Shown one piece after another: positions 26,172 through 38,189 of a stretch of DNA of 64,000 nt. The stretch is from the NCBI GenBank assembly GCA_964016885.1, contig OZ024741.1, positions 68,386,001-68,450,000 of the forward strand. The letters are read 5' to 3'. A model generated the notes under the pieces. The model was given only the letters and a program-made list of their open reading frames with translations. It made no database searches and had not been told where the DNA came from. Position 1 is the first letter of the stretch. Each line of letters opens with the position of its first letter. This DNA comes from Eledone cirrhosa. Lineage: Eukaryota. Position numbers and translations under genes: made by a program.

Positions 26172-27155
26172 CCCATCAGCACCACCACCACCACCAACAC
26201 CACCACCACCACCACCACCATCACCAACACGACCACCACCACCACCATCACCATCACCTACACCACCATCACCAACACCAACACCACCACCACCACCAAC
26301 ACCACCACCACCACCATCACCAACACCACCACCACCACCAACACCACCACCATCACCTACACCACCACCATCACCAACACCAACACCACCAACACCAACA
26401 CTACCACCACCACCATCACCAACACCACCACCACCACCAACACCACCACCATCATCAACACCAACACCACCACCACCAACACCAACACCACCACCATCAC
26501 CACCAACATCACCAAAACCAACACCACCACCATCACCAACATCACCAACACCACCAAAACCAACACCACCAACACCAACACCAACACCAACACCATCACG
26601 AACACCAACACCACCAACACCACCATCACCAACACCAACACCACCACTACCACCACCACCACCACCAACACCAACACCACCACCAACACCACCACCAACA
26701 CCAACACCAACACCACCACCAACACCACCACCACCACCACCAATACCACTACCACCACCATCACCACCACCACCACCAACACCACCACCAACACGACCAC
26801 CAACACCAACACCAACACCACCACCAACACCACCACCACCACCAATACCACTACCACCACCATCACCACCACCACCACCAACACCACCACCAACACCACC
26901 ACCACCACCACCACCACCACCACCAATACCACTACCACCACCACCACCAACACCAACACCACCACCACCACCAACACCAACACCAACACCAACACCACCA
27001 CCAACCACCGTCACCACCACTACCACCAACACCAACACCACCACCACCACCACTACCAACACCACCACCACCACCAACACCACCACCACCACCACCACCA
27101 CCAATACCACTACCACCACCAACACCACAACACCACAACCAACACCACCATCACC
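26172..27155. repeat. (CCA/ACA)n degenerate trinucleotide array on the opposite strand to the upstream GGT arrays
   Basis: Direct reading. Mirrored at 55925-56950. Confidence 0.92.
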
Positions 27156-27474
27156 AGCCCCCTCCCCACACCACCCACACTGTCCACCGTTGAAGTTTGA
27201 ACTCCGAACCTAAATAATCTGAACATTTACCGTTCCTGTCAGTCCCACTTGATTTGTCTTCTGTTGAAAATGGAATATTCCGTACAATGAAGAGACGGAA
27301 TCATCGAGATTCTGGTTTTAAAGGTTAAATGCATACACACACACACACATACACACACACTCACACACTCTCTCTCACAAACATGTACATATATATATGT
27401 GTGTGTGTGTGCATGTGTGTGTGTGCATGTGTATTCATGCATACGTACATACAAATATATATATATATACGTAT

Positions 27475-27508
<34 letters not shown>

Positions 27509-27568
27509 GTATATATAATAATGAAATGACAGGAGGCTGGATTTGTGTAAATCCTTGAAAGGTTTATT

Positions 27569-27626
27569 ATACTATGATCATTTCAATGACCGGGTTCCGT
27601 ATGAATCCGGTGATATCATCAGGTAT
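27569..27626 (-). ncRNA. Type I hammerhead ribozyme in the pseudo-LTR. Copies: 30372-30429 (-), 31810-31867 (+), 47956-48013 (-, GAAA mutated), 48160-48217 (+), 51064-51121 (+)
   Basis: ATAC-CTGATGA-stem II (accgg.ttc/gaa.ccggt)-GAAA-palindrome tgatca-TA-GTAT (pairs with ATAC)-AATAAA. Confidence 0.8.
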
Positions 27627-30600
27627 TCGAAATATAATACGTGAATGTAATAGGTAAAATCCATGGGGCTGAAAATCGAGACCCGAGGGCGACCGCTATT
27701 CTGTTCCTTCAACCTCAGCCGGTCGCCCTGGAGTGACGTGGCTAAATTTTATAGTATGCTACTACCGGTCAGATGAACGAAAACAGAAAGAGATGGGAGG
27801 ATAGGTTAACGTCGATCCCATGACACAAGGTAAAAGAAAGAAAGAAAGGAAGGAGAAGAAGGGGGAAGAAAGAAGAAGAGAAGTCAGGGTTAATGTCAGC
27901 TAAAAGAGGAAGGTAACTACTACTGGTCAGATCTAGGCAAGCAAGAGGGGGAAGGAAGATAAGTCTGCGGGAGGAGGAGAGGAGAGAAGGAAGGGAAGAG
28001 AGAAGTAGAAAAGTAAGGGTTGATGGCTACAAGAAGGAAGATAGAAAGGAAGAGGAAGAAAGGTCGATATTAATGTCAGACCACAGTCAAGCCAGGAGTG
28101 GCGCGAGAAAATTTTCACAGGGACCCGCATCTTAGCGGAGATGAATATATTGGGAGTCAGTGTTTTACAGTGTTTAGACTTCTAGGATGAAGTTAAAAAA
28201 ATTTAATAATCAATATTCAATATTAAAGAGGTTAGAAAATTTAAAGTTCAACAGTTTAACAATTAATTATATAATAGTTCCGATTTGTTCTGTAATTTAA
28301 AGGTACTATTTGGCGGTTAAAACAACGGCCGCGCCCCGGGCCCCATGGCGAATTAAGCCACGCCGAGTATTTTCATTTACTGAAAGAAGGGGAAATTTAT
28401 TTTTCCAAGCACTCCAGGTGAGCTCGTTCGCCAGGGAGCTGGTCGCGCCGCCATTAAAACCCACCCAACAGTCCGACAGAAAGTTGGAACTTTAAAATTT
28501 AGCTTAGAGAAGTAAAAGAGTAATGGTTGATAGCTACAAGAAGGAAGATAGGAAGAGAGAGGAAGGAAGGTCGATATTAATGTCACACCACAGTCGGGCC
28601 AGGAGTGGCGCGACAAAATTTTCACAGGGACTCGCATCTTATCAGAGGTGAATATATTGGGGGTCAGTGTGTTACAATGTTTAGACTTATAGGATGAAGT
28701 TAAAAAATTAATAAATTAATAATCAGTATTCCATATTAAAGAGGTTAGAAAATTTAAAGCTCAACAGTTTCAGGTTGATATATATAATAGTTCCGATTTG
28801 TTCTGTAATTTAAAGGTACTATTTGGGTGTTAAAACACCGGCCGCGCCCCGGGCCCCATGGCTAATTAAGCCACGCCGAGTATTTTCATTTACTGAAAGA
28901 AGGGGAATTTATTTTTCCAAGCACTCCAGGTGAGCCCGTTCGCCAGGGAGCTGGTCGCGCCGCCGCCAAAACCCACCCAACGGTCCGACAGAAAGTTGGA
29001 ACTTTAGAATTTTGCTTAACTCTATCGGATGAAGTTGAAAGAATTCAGAATAACATTATGAAACTAAGGAGTAAGAGGATTGAGAATTGAACAAACAGAA
29101 AATTGAAGATTAGACATTCAAATAACTTCTATGAGGTTTTGGGTTGCGGGGTTTAATTAAATAGTCTTTTATGAAGAAACGTTAATTGTATTATGTAGAT
29201 GTGTAATTTATCCTAGTGGGATGTAGAGTACGGGATATAGTCGTGTAATGTTTAATTTTTGTTCTCAGGAGGAGACATTCTAGTGTCGTGTGCTAATGGG
29301 TACAGGTCCCAATGTGAGGAGTAGAAATACATGGATACATATAAGTGGAATACGTGGAAGAGCTAATGGGTACAGGTCCCAATGTGAGGGGTAGAAATAC
29401 ATGGATACATAGAAGAGGAATACGTGGAAGAGCACATTGGTACAGCAGAGGTATAAATATATAAACATATCAATATATAGGTATAAACATGTAAATGAAC
29501 CAACAAGAGTGGTGTTGGAGTAAGATGGAGAAATCAGGACATTAATACAGCAAACAAAGATGTGAAGATATAGATAAACAAACAATAGTCGTTGTCTAGT
29601 AAATGTAGAGTTCAAGAGACAGGAGAAATACAATATAGTTCAGGTTGCGGTATTTATGTTCCCAGGGGGAAATATTCCAGTGACGTGTGCTGAGGGTACA
29701 CGCGAGTAAAAGTCCGAATAAGGGAAGTAGAAAGTACATGGATGTATAGAGGTAGAATACGTGGAGGAGCATTAATACAGCAAATAAAGATGTAAAGATA
29801 TAAATAAACAAACAAGAGTCGTTGTCTATTAAATGGAGAGTTCAAGACACAGGAGAAATACAATATAGTTCAAGTTGCAGTCAGATAATGCATATAGATG
29901 TGGAAACAGTGCGTGTTCGAGTCTGGGAGTTCAGTGTGAGTTATACATGCCCAGAAGTATAGGGTAGCCATTTAGTTAATTCAGTGCAGTACAATACATG
30001 TTATGGTCCAGTCCGTGGAGTTTCGTCGAAGTTCGGATATTCTGTGAGGGGAGTAGCAATGGGCCAGGCGAAAGCACCGGGTAGCCAAAGTTCGAATTGT
30101 GGTTAGATATATTCAGTCCCATGCCGCTGTTGATTATTACATTTTGAAGTGCTCAACATTTCAGGAGCGTTATTTATTCAGGTTTGAGGTTCACCACTGT
30201 ATAGAGCTGGTCTATTCCGTATGGTCAATCGTAATGCAATAATATAGAGAGTACTCAACGTAAAGCAGTTCAACCGTCTTTGTTTTTGTAGTTGGTGGTG
30301 CTATTACGGAGTTAAATATTATAATGAAATGACAGGAGGCTGGATTTGTGTAAATCCTTGAAAGGTTTATTATACTATGATCATTTCAATGACCGGGTTC
30401 CGTATGAATCCGGTGATATCATCAGGTATTCGAAATATAATACGTGAATGTAATAGGTAAAATCCATGGGGCTGAAAATCGAGACCCGAGGGCGACCGCT
30501 ATTCTGTTCCTTCAACCTCAGCCGGTCGCCCTGGAGTGACGTGGCTAAATTTTATAGTATGCTACTACCGGTCAGATGAACGAAAACAGAAAGAGATGGG

Positions 30601-31462
30601 AGCATAGGTTAACGTCGATCCCATGACACAAGGTAAAAGAAAGAAAGAAAGGAAGGAGAAGAAGGAGGAAGAAAGAAGAAGAGAAGTTAGGGTTAATGTC
30701 AGCTAAAAGAGGAAGGTAACTACTACTGGTCAGATCTAGGCAAGCAAGAGGGGGAAGGAAGATAAGTCTGCGGGAGGAGGAGAGGAGAGAAGGAAGGGAA
30801 GAGAGAAGTAGAAAAGTAAGGGTTGATGGCTACAAGAAGGAAGATAGAAAGGAAGAGGAAGAAAGGTCGATATTAATGTCAGACCACAGTCAAGCCAGGA
30901 GTGGCGCGAGAAAATTTTCACAGGGACCCGCATCTTAGCGGAGATGAATATATTGGGAGTCAGTGTTTTACAGTGTTTAAACTTCTAGGATGAAGTTAAA
31001 AAAATTTAATAATCGATATTCAATATTAAAGAGGTTAGAAAATTTAAAGTTCAACAGTTTAACAATTAATTATATAATAGTTCCGATTTGTTCTGTAATT
31101 TAAAGGTACTATTTGGCGGTTAAAACAACGGCCGCGCCCCGGGCCCCATGGCGAATTAAGCCACGCCGAGTATTTTCATTTACTGAAAGAAGGGGAAATT
31201 TATTTTTCCAAGCACTCCAGGTGAGCTCGTTCGCCAGGGAGCTGGTCGCGCCGCCATTAAAACCCACCCAACAGTCCGACAGAAAGTTGGAACTTTAAAA
31301 TTTAGCTTAGAGAAGTAAAAGAGTAATGGTTGATAGCTACAAGAAGGAAGATAGGAAGAGAGAGGAAGGAAGGTCGATATTAATGTCACACCACAGTCGG
31401 GCCAGGAGTGGCGCGACAAAATTTTCACAGGGACTCGCATCTTATCAGAGGTGAATATATTG

Positions 31463-31596
31463 ATTTCTTTATTAGCCACAAGGGCGCAACAAGAAAGGGG
31501 ACAATACAAAGACATGCCGGGGATTTTACATACAGTCGTGTAAAAAAATATAAAAACAAACAATTTCAACAATCGAAATCCCCAATAGGTTAAAAA
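31463..31596 (-). mobile_element. Short 5'-truncated L1/Tx1-type 3' end inserted in the second tandem unit
   Basis: The minus strand ends tgtcccct...gcccttgtggctAATAAAgaaat, like the 3' ends at 14692 and 41243. It replaces about 34 bp present in unit 1 (28660-28693). Confidence 0.7.
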
Positions 31597-32062
31597 ATGA
31601 AGTTAAAAAATTAATAAATTAATAATCAGTATTCCATATTAAAGAGGTTAGAAAATTTAAAGCTCAACAGTTTCAGGTTGATATATATAATAGTTCCGAT
31701 TTGTTCTGTAATTTAAAGGTACTATTTGGCGGTTAAAACACCGGCCGCGCCCCGGGCCCCATGGCTAATTAAGCCACGCCGAGTATTACATTCACGTATT
31801 ATATTTCGAATACCTGATGATATCACCGGATTCATACGGAACCCGGTCATTGAAATGATCATAGTATAATAAACCTTTCAAGGATTTACACAAATCCAGC
31901 CTCCTGTCATTTCATTATAATATTTAACTCCGTAATAGCACCACCAACTACAAAAACAAAGACGGTTGAACTGCTTTACGTTGAGTACTCTCTATATTAT
32001 TGCATTACGATTGACCATACGGAATAGACCAGCTCTATACAGTGGTGAACCTCAAACCTGAA

Positions 32063-32132
<70 letters not shown>

Positions 32133-32199
32133 ATATATATATATATATGTGTATATATGTATATATATATGTATATATATATATATATATGTGTGTGTG

Positions 32200-32230
<31 letters not shown>

Positions 32231-32789
32231 TTGTGTGTGTTTATGTAGATACACGCTCACAAAGTCGTCTAGTTATATACATATATTAATAACGGGTATC
32301 TAACAGGGTGGGTTCTGCATAATTTGTAATGTCCTACCTGGTACCATACAAGAGTAATTCTTATCTCTGTGTGACCTTTTACCGATACAACATTCTTCAA
32401 TTTGCTACCATTAAGTTCAGGCACCTGTCTGTTTACCTGTGTCAATATGCCTTTATATGTCTGCATGTGTGTATACCTTTGTTTAGTGTGTGCATTCGTA
32501 TGTATGTATAAGCATGTATATAAGCAGCGAATTGGCTGGGCTGTTAGAATGTCGCATAGAATGCTCGGCAGTATTAGTTACGTCTGTCTGCACTAGGGTT
32601 CAAAATCTGCCGAGACCAAATTCACCTTTCATTCTTTCGAGGTCGATAAATAAAAAACCAGTACAGTACTGGGAGGGGGTTCGATTTTTTATCGATGCGT
32701 TCAGACCTGAAGACGAATGAGTTCCACTAGGTTTGAAATGCCCAAAACATGCAGTGTGCCTAGTCAAAATGGCGTCCCTACGACTCCAT

Positions 32790-33080
32790 CAGGAGTTAGT
32801 CTAAAAAAGTCTAAAGTCTGTCTTAAGCCAGAATGTTCGTTAGGCAGGCGCTAATCCCGGTTTCATGGCGTGAAACGAATGAGAATAAAAGGACGCCAGT
32901 CCATCGCAGGGTTAAACTCCCAGCCATTGCTGGTACTCATTTTCAGCTGAGTATACTGGAGCAACGTAAAATGAAGAATTCTGCTCAAGAACACAACACG
33001 CAACCCGGCGCAGGAATCGAACCCATGACATTATGATCACAAGTCCAACACCCTTACCACTCGTCCACGTGCCTCCACTT
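32790..33080 (-). mobile_element. CORE-type SINE (mirror copy at 54553-54845, +)
   Basis: ggcacgTGGACGAGTGGtaagg...GGTTCGATTCC...tgttcttgagcaga...cagctgaaaatgagtacc. Confidence 0.75.
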
Positions 33081-33459
33081 CGGAAGTTAAGAACTCTTTA
33101 TTTTTACTTATAACACCGACTATCTGTTAAGAATTGTTGCACTCTTAGTCACTAAATATGTCTCAGATTAACTAAGATTGTACGGCCTAGGTATCTTATG
33201 CATGTATACATATACATACATATGTGTGTGTGTATTTTCAGTACGTATGGGTATATCTATGGGTATATGTTGATATATGTATAGTTATCACAATAAACAA
33301 TTCATTGTAATAACGGATTCTGATTTAGGCACAAGGCCAACAATTTTAAGGGAGGAAAGTCGATTAAATCAACCCCAGTGCATTACTGCTGCTTTATTTT
33401 ATCGACCCCGTAAGTCTCGGTGGGATTTGAACTTCTTCCATATTCAACTTCGCTTTTCA

Positions 33460-33562
<103 letters not shown>

Positions 33563-33709
33563 TCTCTCTCCCTCTCTTCAGACCCAAAGAGGGATAAGCT
33601 CCGCTAGGTTTAAAATTTCCAAGACACGTCATGTGGCACGACTGTGCCCTTACGGCTCCACTAGGAACTAATAAACCATGTTGTAATGTTCATAAATATG
33701 TCTCTGTAG

Positions 33710-34022
33710 TTAAAATGTTAGCTTTGTAAAATCTATGATTCCGATACCTCTGTATGACACTTCTATGTGTGGAATTTTGTAGAGGGATTGCTCACAATTA
33801 GATATGCAGTGGCCCAGTGATTCAGACCTGCCAATCTCTAAAATCACAAACGGAGAGGACCATGAAAAACACTGTCTCAAAACAGGGAGAAATGAGGCAA
33901 ATTGGGGAGATTTTACATAATGAAAGTTATACCCATTTTCACAAGAGAAGATAGCTCTCACCCACCCCAAAGTGGATGTGAGATCTCCCCGTCAGATGAA
34001 GAGAGTTGACAGGCCTGGTGAT
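33710..34022 (-). pseudogene. Possible CR1/L2-clade LINE 3' fragment (mirror at 53655-53968)
   Basis: PGLSTLFI*RGDL resembles the L.L.TL..RR.RGDL motif of CR1 ORF2 C-termini. Otherwise degenerate. Confidence 0.3.
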
Positions 34023-34058
34023 TAGATCGTTATAGGCAACGATATTATTGTTCACAAA

Positions 34059-34240
34059 GGTGGATTGGCAGAGAGTCGGACGCCATGCTTTGCGGCATAG
34101 AGTTATGGCCCTTTACGATCTGAGTTCAAATCCCGCCGGTGTTAACTTAGCCTTTCATCCTTACTGAGTCGATAAAATAAAGCACCAGTAATGCACTGGG
34201 GTAATTGCTGTCCTTGTGACAAAAGCAGACACAATTATTG
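34059..34240 (+). mobile_element. Family A SINE with 15-bp TSD (mirror at 53440-53620, -)
   Basis: ATTATTGTTCACAAA at 34044-34058 and 34234-34248. Confidence 0.9.
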
Positions 34241-34286
34241 TTCACAAATGCATGGTATAAAATTTAACCCGCCCAAAAAAACCATT

Positions 34287-34357
<71 letters not shown>

Positions 34358-34790
34358 CGGTGAATCGAACAAAAATTGCCTCGTATTATTTGACTCCGTC
34401 TTCATTATATCTTCTCAGGTACAGGTTAAAATTATTTATTTCTACATAATGAATTCGTTGAAATAAGTACCAGACAAAATATTGGCATGGTTATAATGAA
34501 GTAAATACCTTTAAGAATGTGCCCCAAAGATTGCAATCAGTACAAGAATCAGAAAAAATAAGATTACCTGATTAATCGATAATTAGCTTCATTGCCACAA
34601 TCATCACTAGCAGCATATTCATTACTTTAAAAATAAAACCAATTGCTATCCATGAATCGTATTGTAAAGCCAGATATGTCGCCGTTGTCGTCTGCGCAAA
34701 GATTGGTTACTGTCTTTCCTCTTGCGTTTCTTCAGTGTGGTCATTTGAAGGCTGCATATCAATGAAGTCCAATCAAATCACCCACTCACT

Positions 34791-34828
<38 letters not shown>

Positions 34829-34838
34829 ACACATACAT

Positions 34839-34907
<69 letters not shown>

Positions 34908-34990
34908 CATACATACATACATACATACATACATACATACATACATACATACATACATACATGTGTGTGTATGTGTGTATAGCATATATA

Positions 34991-35079
<89 letters not shown>

Positions 35080-35781
35080 TACATACATACATACATACAT
35101 ACATACATACATACATACATACATACATACATACATACATACATACATAAGACTCTAGAAGGCGGGAATCGGTCAAAAAGTTCTTCCGGATTACTGAATA
35201 ATAACTGACAGTATAGGAAAATCATGAACAGTTTCAAAAGATAAAACCCTGGCCTTTGGTAAAATGTAAATGAGGAAGAGTGGAGGAAGAGAGAGACAGA
35301 CGGGAGAACAGAGAGACAGATAAATGGGAGCAAAGAGGGAGGGAGAAACAGAGAGATAGTATAAGAACAGACAGACTTTGAGGCAAATATACAAAGAAAT
35401 ATTGATTGTGTCAATGAAAAGAGACAGTGGAATATATACACACACACACACATATTTATATACACACACACACACACATATATATATATACTCACACAAA
35501 CACATATATACACACATATACACACATATATATACACACACACATATATATACACACACACACATACACACACACAAACATATATATATATATATATATA
35601 TATATCTAAGGCGGGTAAAATTCCCGTATATATGTATATATATATATATATATACATATATATACATATATATATATATACATATAGTAATAAATATATA
35701 TATATACATATAGTAATAAATATATATATACATATAGTAATAAATATATATATATACATATAGTAATAAATATATATATAC

Positions 35782-35812
<31 letters not shown>

Positions 35813-35848
35813 CATATATATGTATATATATATATATTTATATACATA

Positions 35849-35886
<38 letters not shown>

Positions 35887-35891
<5 letters not shown>

Positions 35892-36082
35892 TCTTCTACT
35901 ATAGGCGCACAAGGCCACCAATTTGAAAGGGAGGGGAAGTCGATTTAATCAACACAGTGTATTACTGGTACTTTATTTTATCGACCCCGTAAAGATGAAA
36001 GGCAATGCTATCCTCGGCGGGATTTGAACTCAGAACGTAAAGCGCCGTAACTCTATGCCGCAAAGCATGGTGTCCGACGTTT
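35887..36082 (-). mobile_element. Family A SINE (mirror at 52030-52225, +)
   Basis: Matches the family consensus. The 5' A-box is truncated. Confidence 0.8.
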
Positions 36083-36483
36083 TAAAGAAGAAGAAGAAGA
36101 AGAATTTCTATATTTAATTTCCATTAATATTATTATTCTTTTTTGTTCCTCTTTTAATATATTTATATCTTTAAATGTCAATTATGTTCCCTTCGCTTCC
36201 CTCTCTCCATTTATATACGTGTCTAGTATCTACCTGTGAGTCTATGTATGCATCTCAGTGTACTCTGTAAAACGTCTCATCCTTGTTGTTCGGTTGCTAG
36301 CAGGAATTACGAATTAAGTTTGGACTAATAGGAATATCTAAATAAATTTCTCTTGCGGACAGATAAAGTTTTAACCTAAATTTGCTAGCTTTCGGTGGAT
36401 TTACACACCTATACATATAGAGACAGCCACAGACACACACGCGCGAGCGCGTTCGCATACTTATGGAGATAGGAAGAGAGAAA

Positions 36484-36546
<63 letters not shown>

Positions 36547-36549
<3 letters not shown>

Positions 36550-36745
36550 TTATTAAAATAACAGATTGAAGTTTAAGCAAAGAATCGCTGCTTTCACCCC
36601 GTTAAGGGTGAAAACAGCGATTCTTTGCTTAAACTTTAATCTGTTATTTTAATAAATATTTGCTCTATGGTTCTTATATATCTGATATATATTTATCCTT
36701 ATCGAGCCCTCTTTGGATTTTAGACTTCACATTTATTATTATTAC
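36547..36745 (+). mobile_element. PLE pseudo-LTR 3' fragment with fold-back (36547-36657)
   Basis: About 53-bp inverted arms centred on ccc-cgttaa-ggg. Same family as 37650-37940 and 42350-42515. Confidence 0.8.
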
Positions 36746-36753
36746 TATATATA

Positions 36754-36940
36754 GTGGTGGATTGGCAGTATCGGTGGAGGGTCGGACGCCATGCTTTCCA
36801 GCATAGTTACGTCCCTTTACGGTCTGAGTTCAAATTCCGCCGAGGTTTACTTTGCCTTTCATCCTTACGGGGTCGATAAAATAAAGTACCAGTAATGCAC
36901 TGGGAAATTGGTGGCCTTGTGCCTAAAGTAGAAACAATTA
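36754..36940 (+). mobile_element. Family A SINE, full length
   Basis: ggtggatTGGCAGTATCGG (A-box) and GAGTTCAAATTCC (B-box). Flanked by attactatatata repeats. Confidence 0.88.
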
Positions 36941-36964
36941 CTATATATATATATATATATATAT

Positions 36965-37042
<78 letters not shown>

Positions 37043-37043
<1 letters not shown>

Positions 37044-37503
37044 TCATCATCATTCGTCGACTACTGTCGAGATGTTGGATCTCACTCTCATGCCCCAGAA
37101 TTCCCTGTCCCCCATCGCCGCCCCCAGGTCCTGTCTACTGATTCTCGTATCTATAGAGATAACGTCAGGGAATGACAGCTTCCTACTCCTAGTCAGGCTG
37201 GAGTCAGGGTTCCAGAGCAAGAGAGCGGATATGATTTCATTGCTGGCACGGTGACAGTGGCCAGCAAATTGAGCTCTCCGGGATTTTAGAAGGGCAGAGG
37301 CTCGAGGGAGTTTGCCATAGATTTTAGACAAGGTGGGATGTTGTTTCCAGGATAGGTTTTGCACTCTCATTAAGAGGCGGGTATATGTGCCATCCAATCT
37401 CCTCTCAAGTTGTGATGTTAGTGTCCAAGTTCCGGATCCATAAAGTAATATGGGCTTAATGGTTGCTTGGAATATTTCCAGTTTTAGCTTGTTGGTAAGC
37501 TGA
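37043..37503 (-). pseudogene. RTE-clade LINE 3' end, 5'-truncated
   Basis: LKLEIFQATIKPILLYGSGTWTLT..LERRLDGTYTRLLMRVQNLSWKQH...RRAQFAGHCHR...MGDREFW, followed by a (GAT)n tail. Confidence 0.85.
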
Positions 37504-37524
37504 GATATATATATACATATATAT

Positions 37525-37591
<67 letters not shown>

Positions 37592-37779
37592 TTGAGATAT
37601 ATATATACATATATATAGTAATAATAATAATCACCGCTCCTATTAATGACGTATTATTCGTTTTTTCCCGTTCTTTGCCAGCGAACGTTTCCACGAACCA
37701 AAGTATCGTCTTCCTGTCTTCCTCCGGTTGCAACGTTTTTTGAAATATCCAGTTCTGCGTTTACAGATTGACTTTGTTA

Positions 37780-37828
37780 GTTTCAGAAGATCCCGTTAAG
37801 GGTGAAAGCAGCGATTCTTTGCTTAAAC
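37780..37828 (+). ncRNA. HHR-like motif with variant core CAGAAGA (second copy at 42446-42496)
   Basis: gttt-CAGAAGA-tccc/ggg stem II-GAAA-gca...tgc-TT-aaac. AATAAA about 17 nt downstream. Confidence 0.6.
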
Positions 37829-38189
37829 ATTAATCTGTTATTTTAATAAATATTTGCTCTACGGTTTTTATATATTTGATATATATTTTCCTTATCGAGC
37901 CCTCTTTGGATTTTAGTCTTCAATTTTATTATTATTACTATATATATATATATATATATATAGGGAGAGAGAGAGAGAGATCCACCTGCACACACTGTTA
38001 GGGAGTTGCCCTGATAGTATGAGGCTTATCGATAAGCAGTTTAATCAGGGGTCTTTCGTGACAGGGTCAAAAGATTTACTAATGTCTGCAACATGGTTTT
38101 CCACGAATATCTAATTATCTGGTGAGTCAAATAAGAATGTAAGAATGAGAGGCACTAGTAGATCTGGCTTTATGTAAGTAGTAATGTGG

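Larger units (their letters stand above)
27518..32062 (-). mobile_element. Non-autonomous, non-coding Penelope-like/retrozyme element: 1.5 tandem 2803-bp units plus an inverted end (31784-32062)
   Basis: atgaaatgacaggaggctgg at 27521 and 30324 (period 2803). 31784-32062 is the reverse complement of about 30178-30455. Both ends lie in (TA)n. Absent from the mirror position at about 55500. No ORF over 130 aa. Confidence 0.88.

Noticed and set aside
21827-27213. 1000-1366 aa Pro/His/Thr/Val/Gly-rich ORFs (extensin- or glycine-rich-like)
   Set aside because: They are translations of stop-poor (GGT)/(CCA) satellite, open in several frames on both strands, with frames that differ between the two arms.
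27933-28637. Short ORFs repeated in each unit of the large element (MRVPVKI..., MAVKTT...)
   Set aside because: They recur only because the DNA is duplicated. Lengths vary between copies and no domain is recognisable. Micropeptides cannot be excluded without Ribo-seq.
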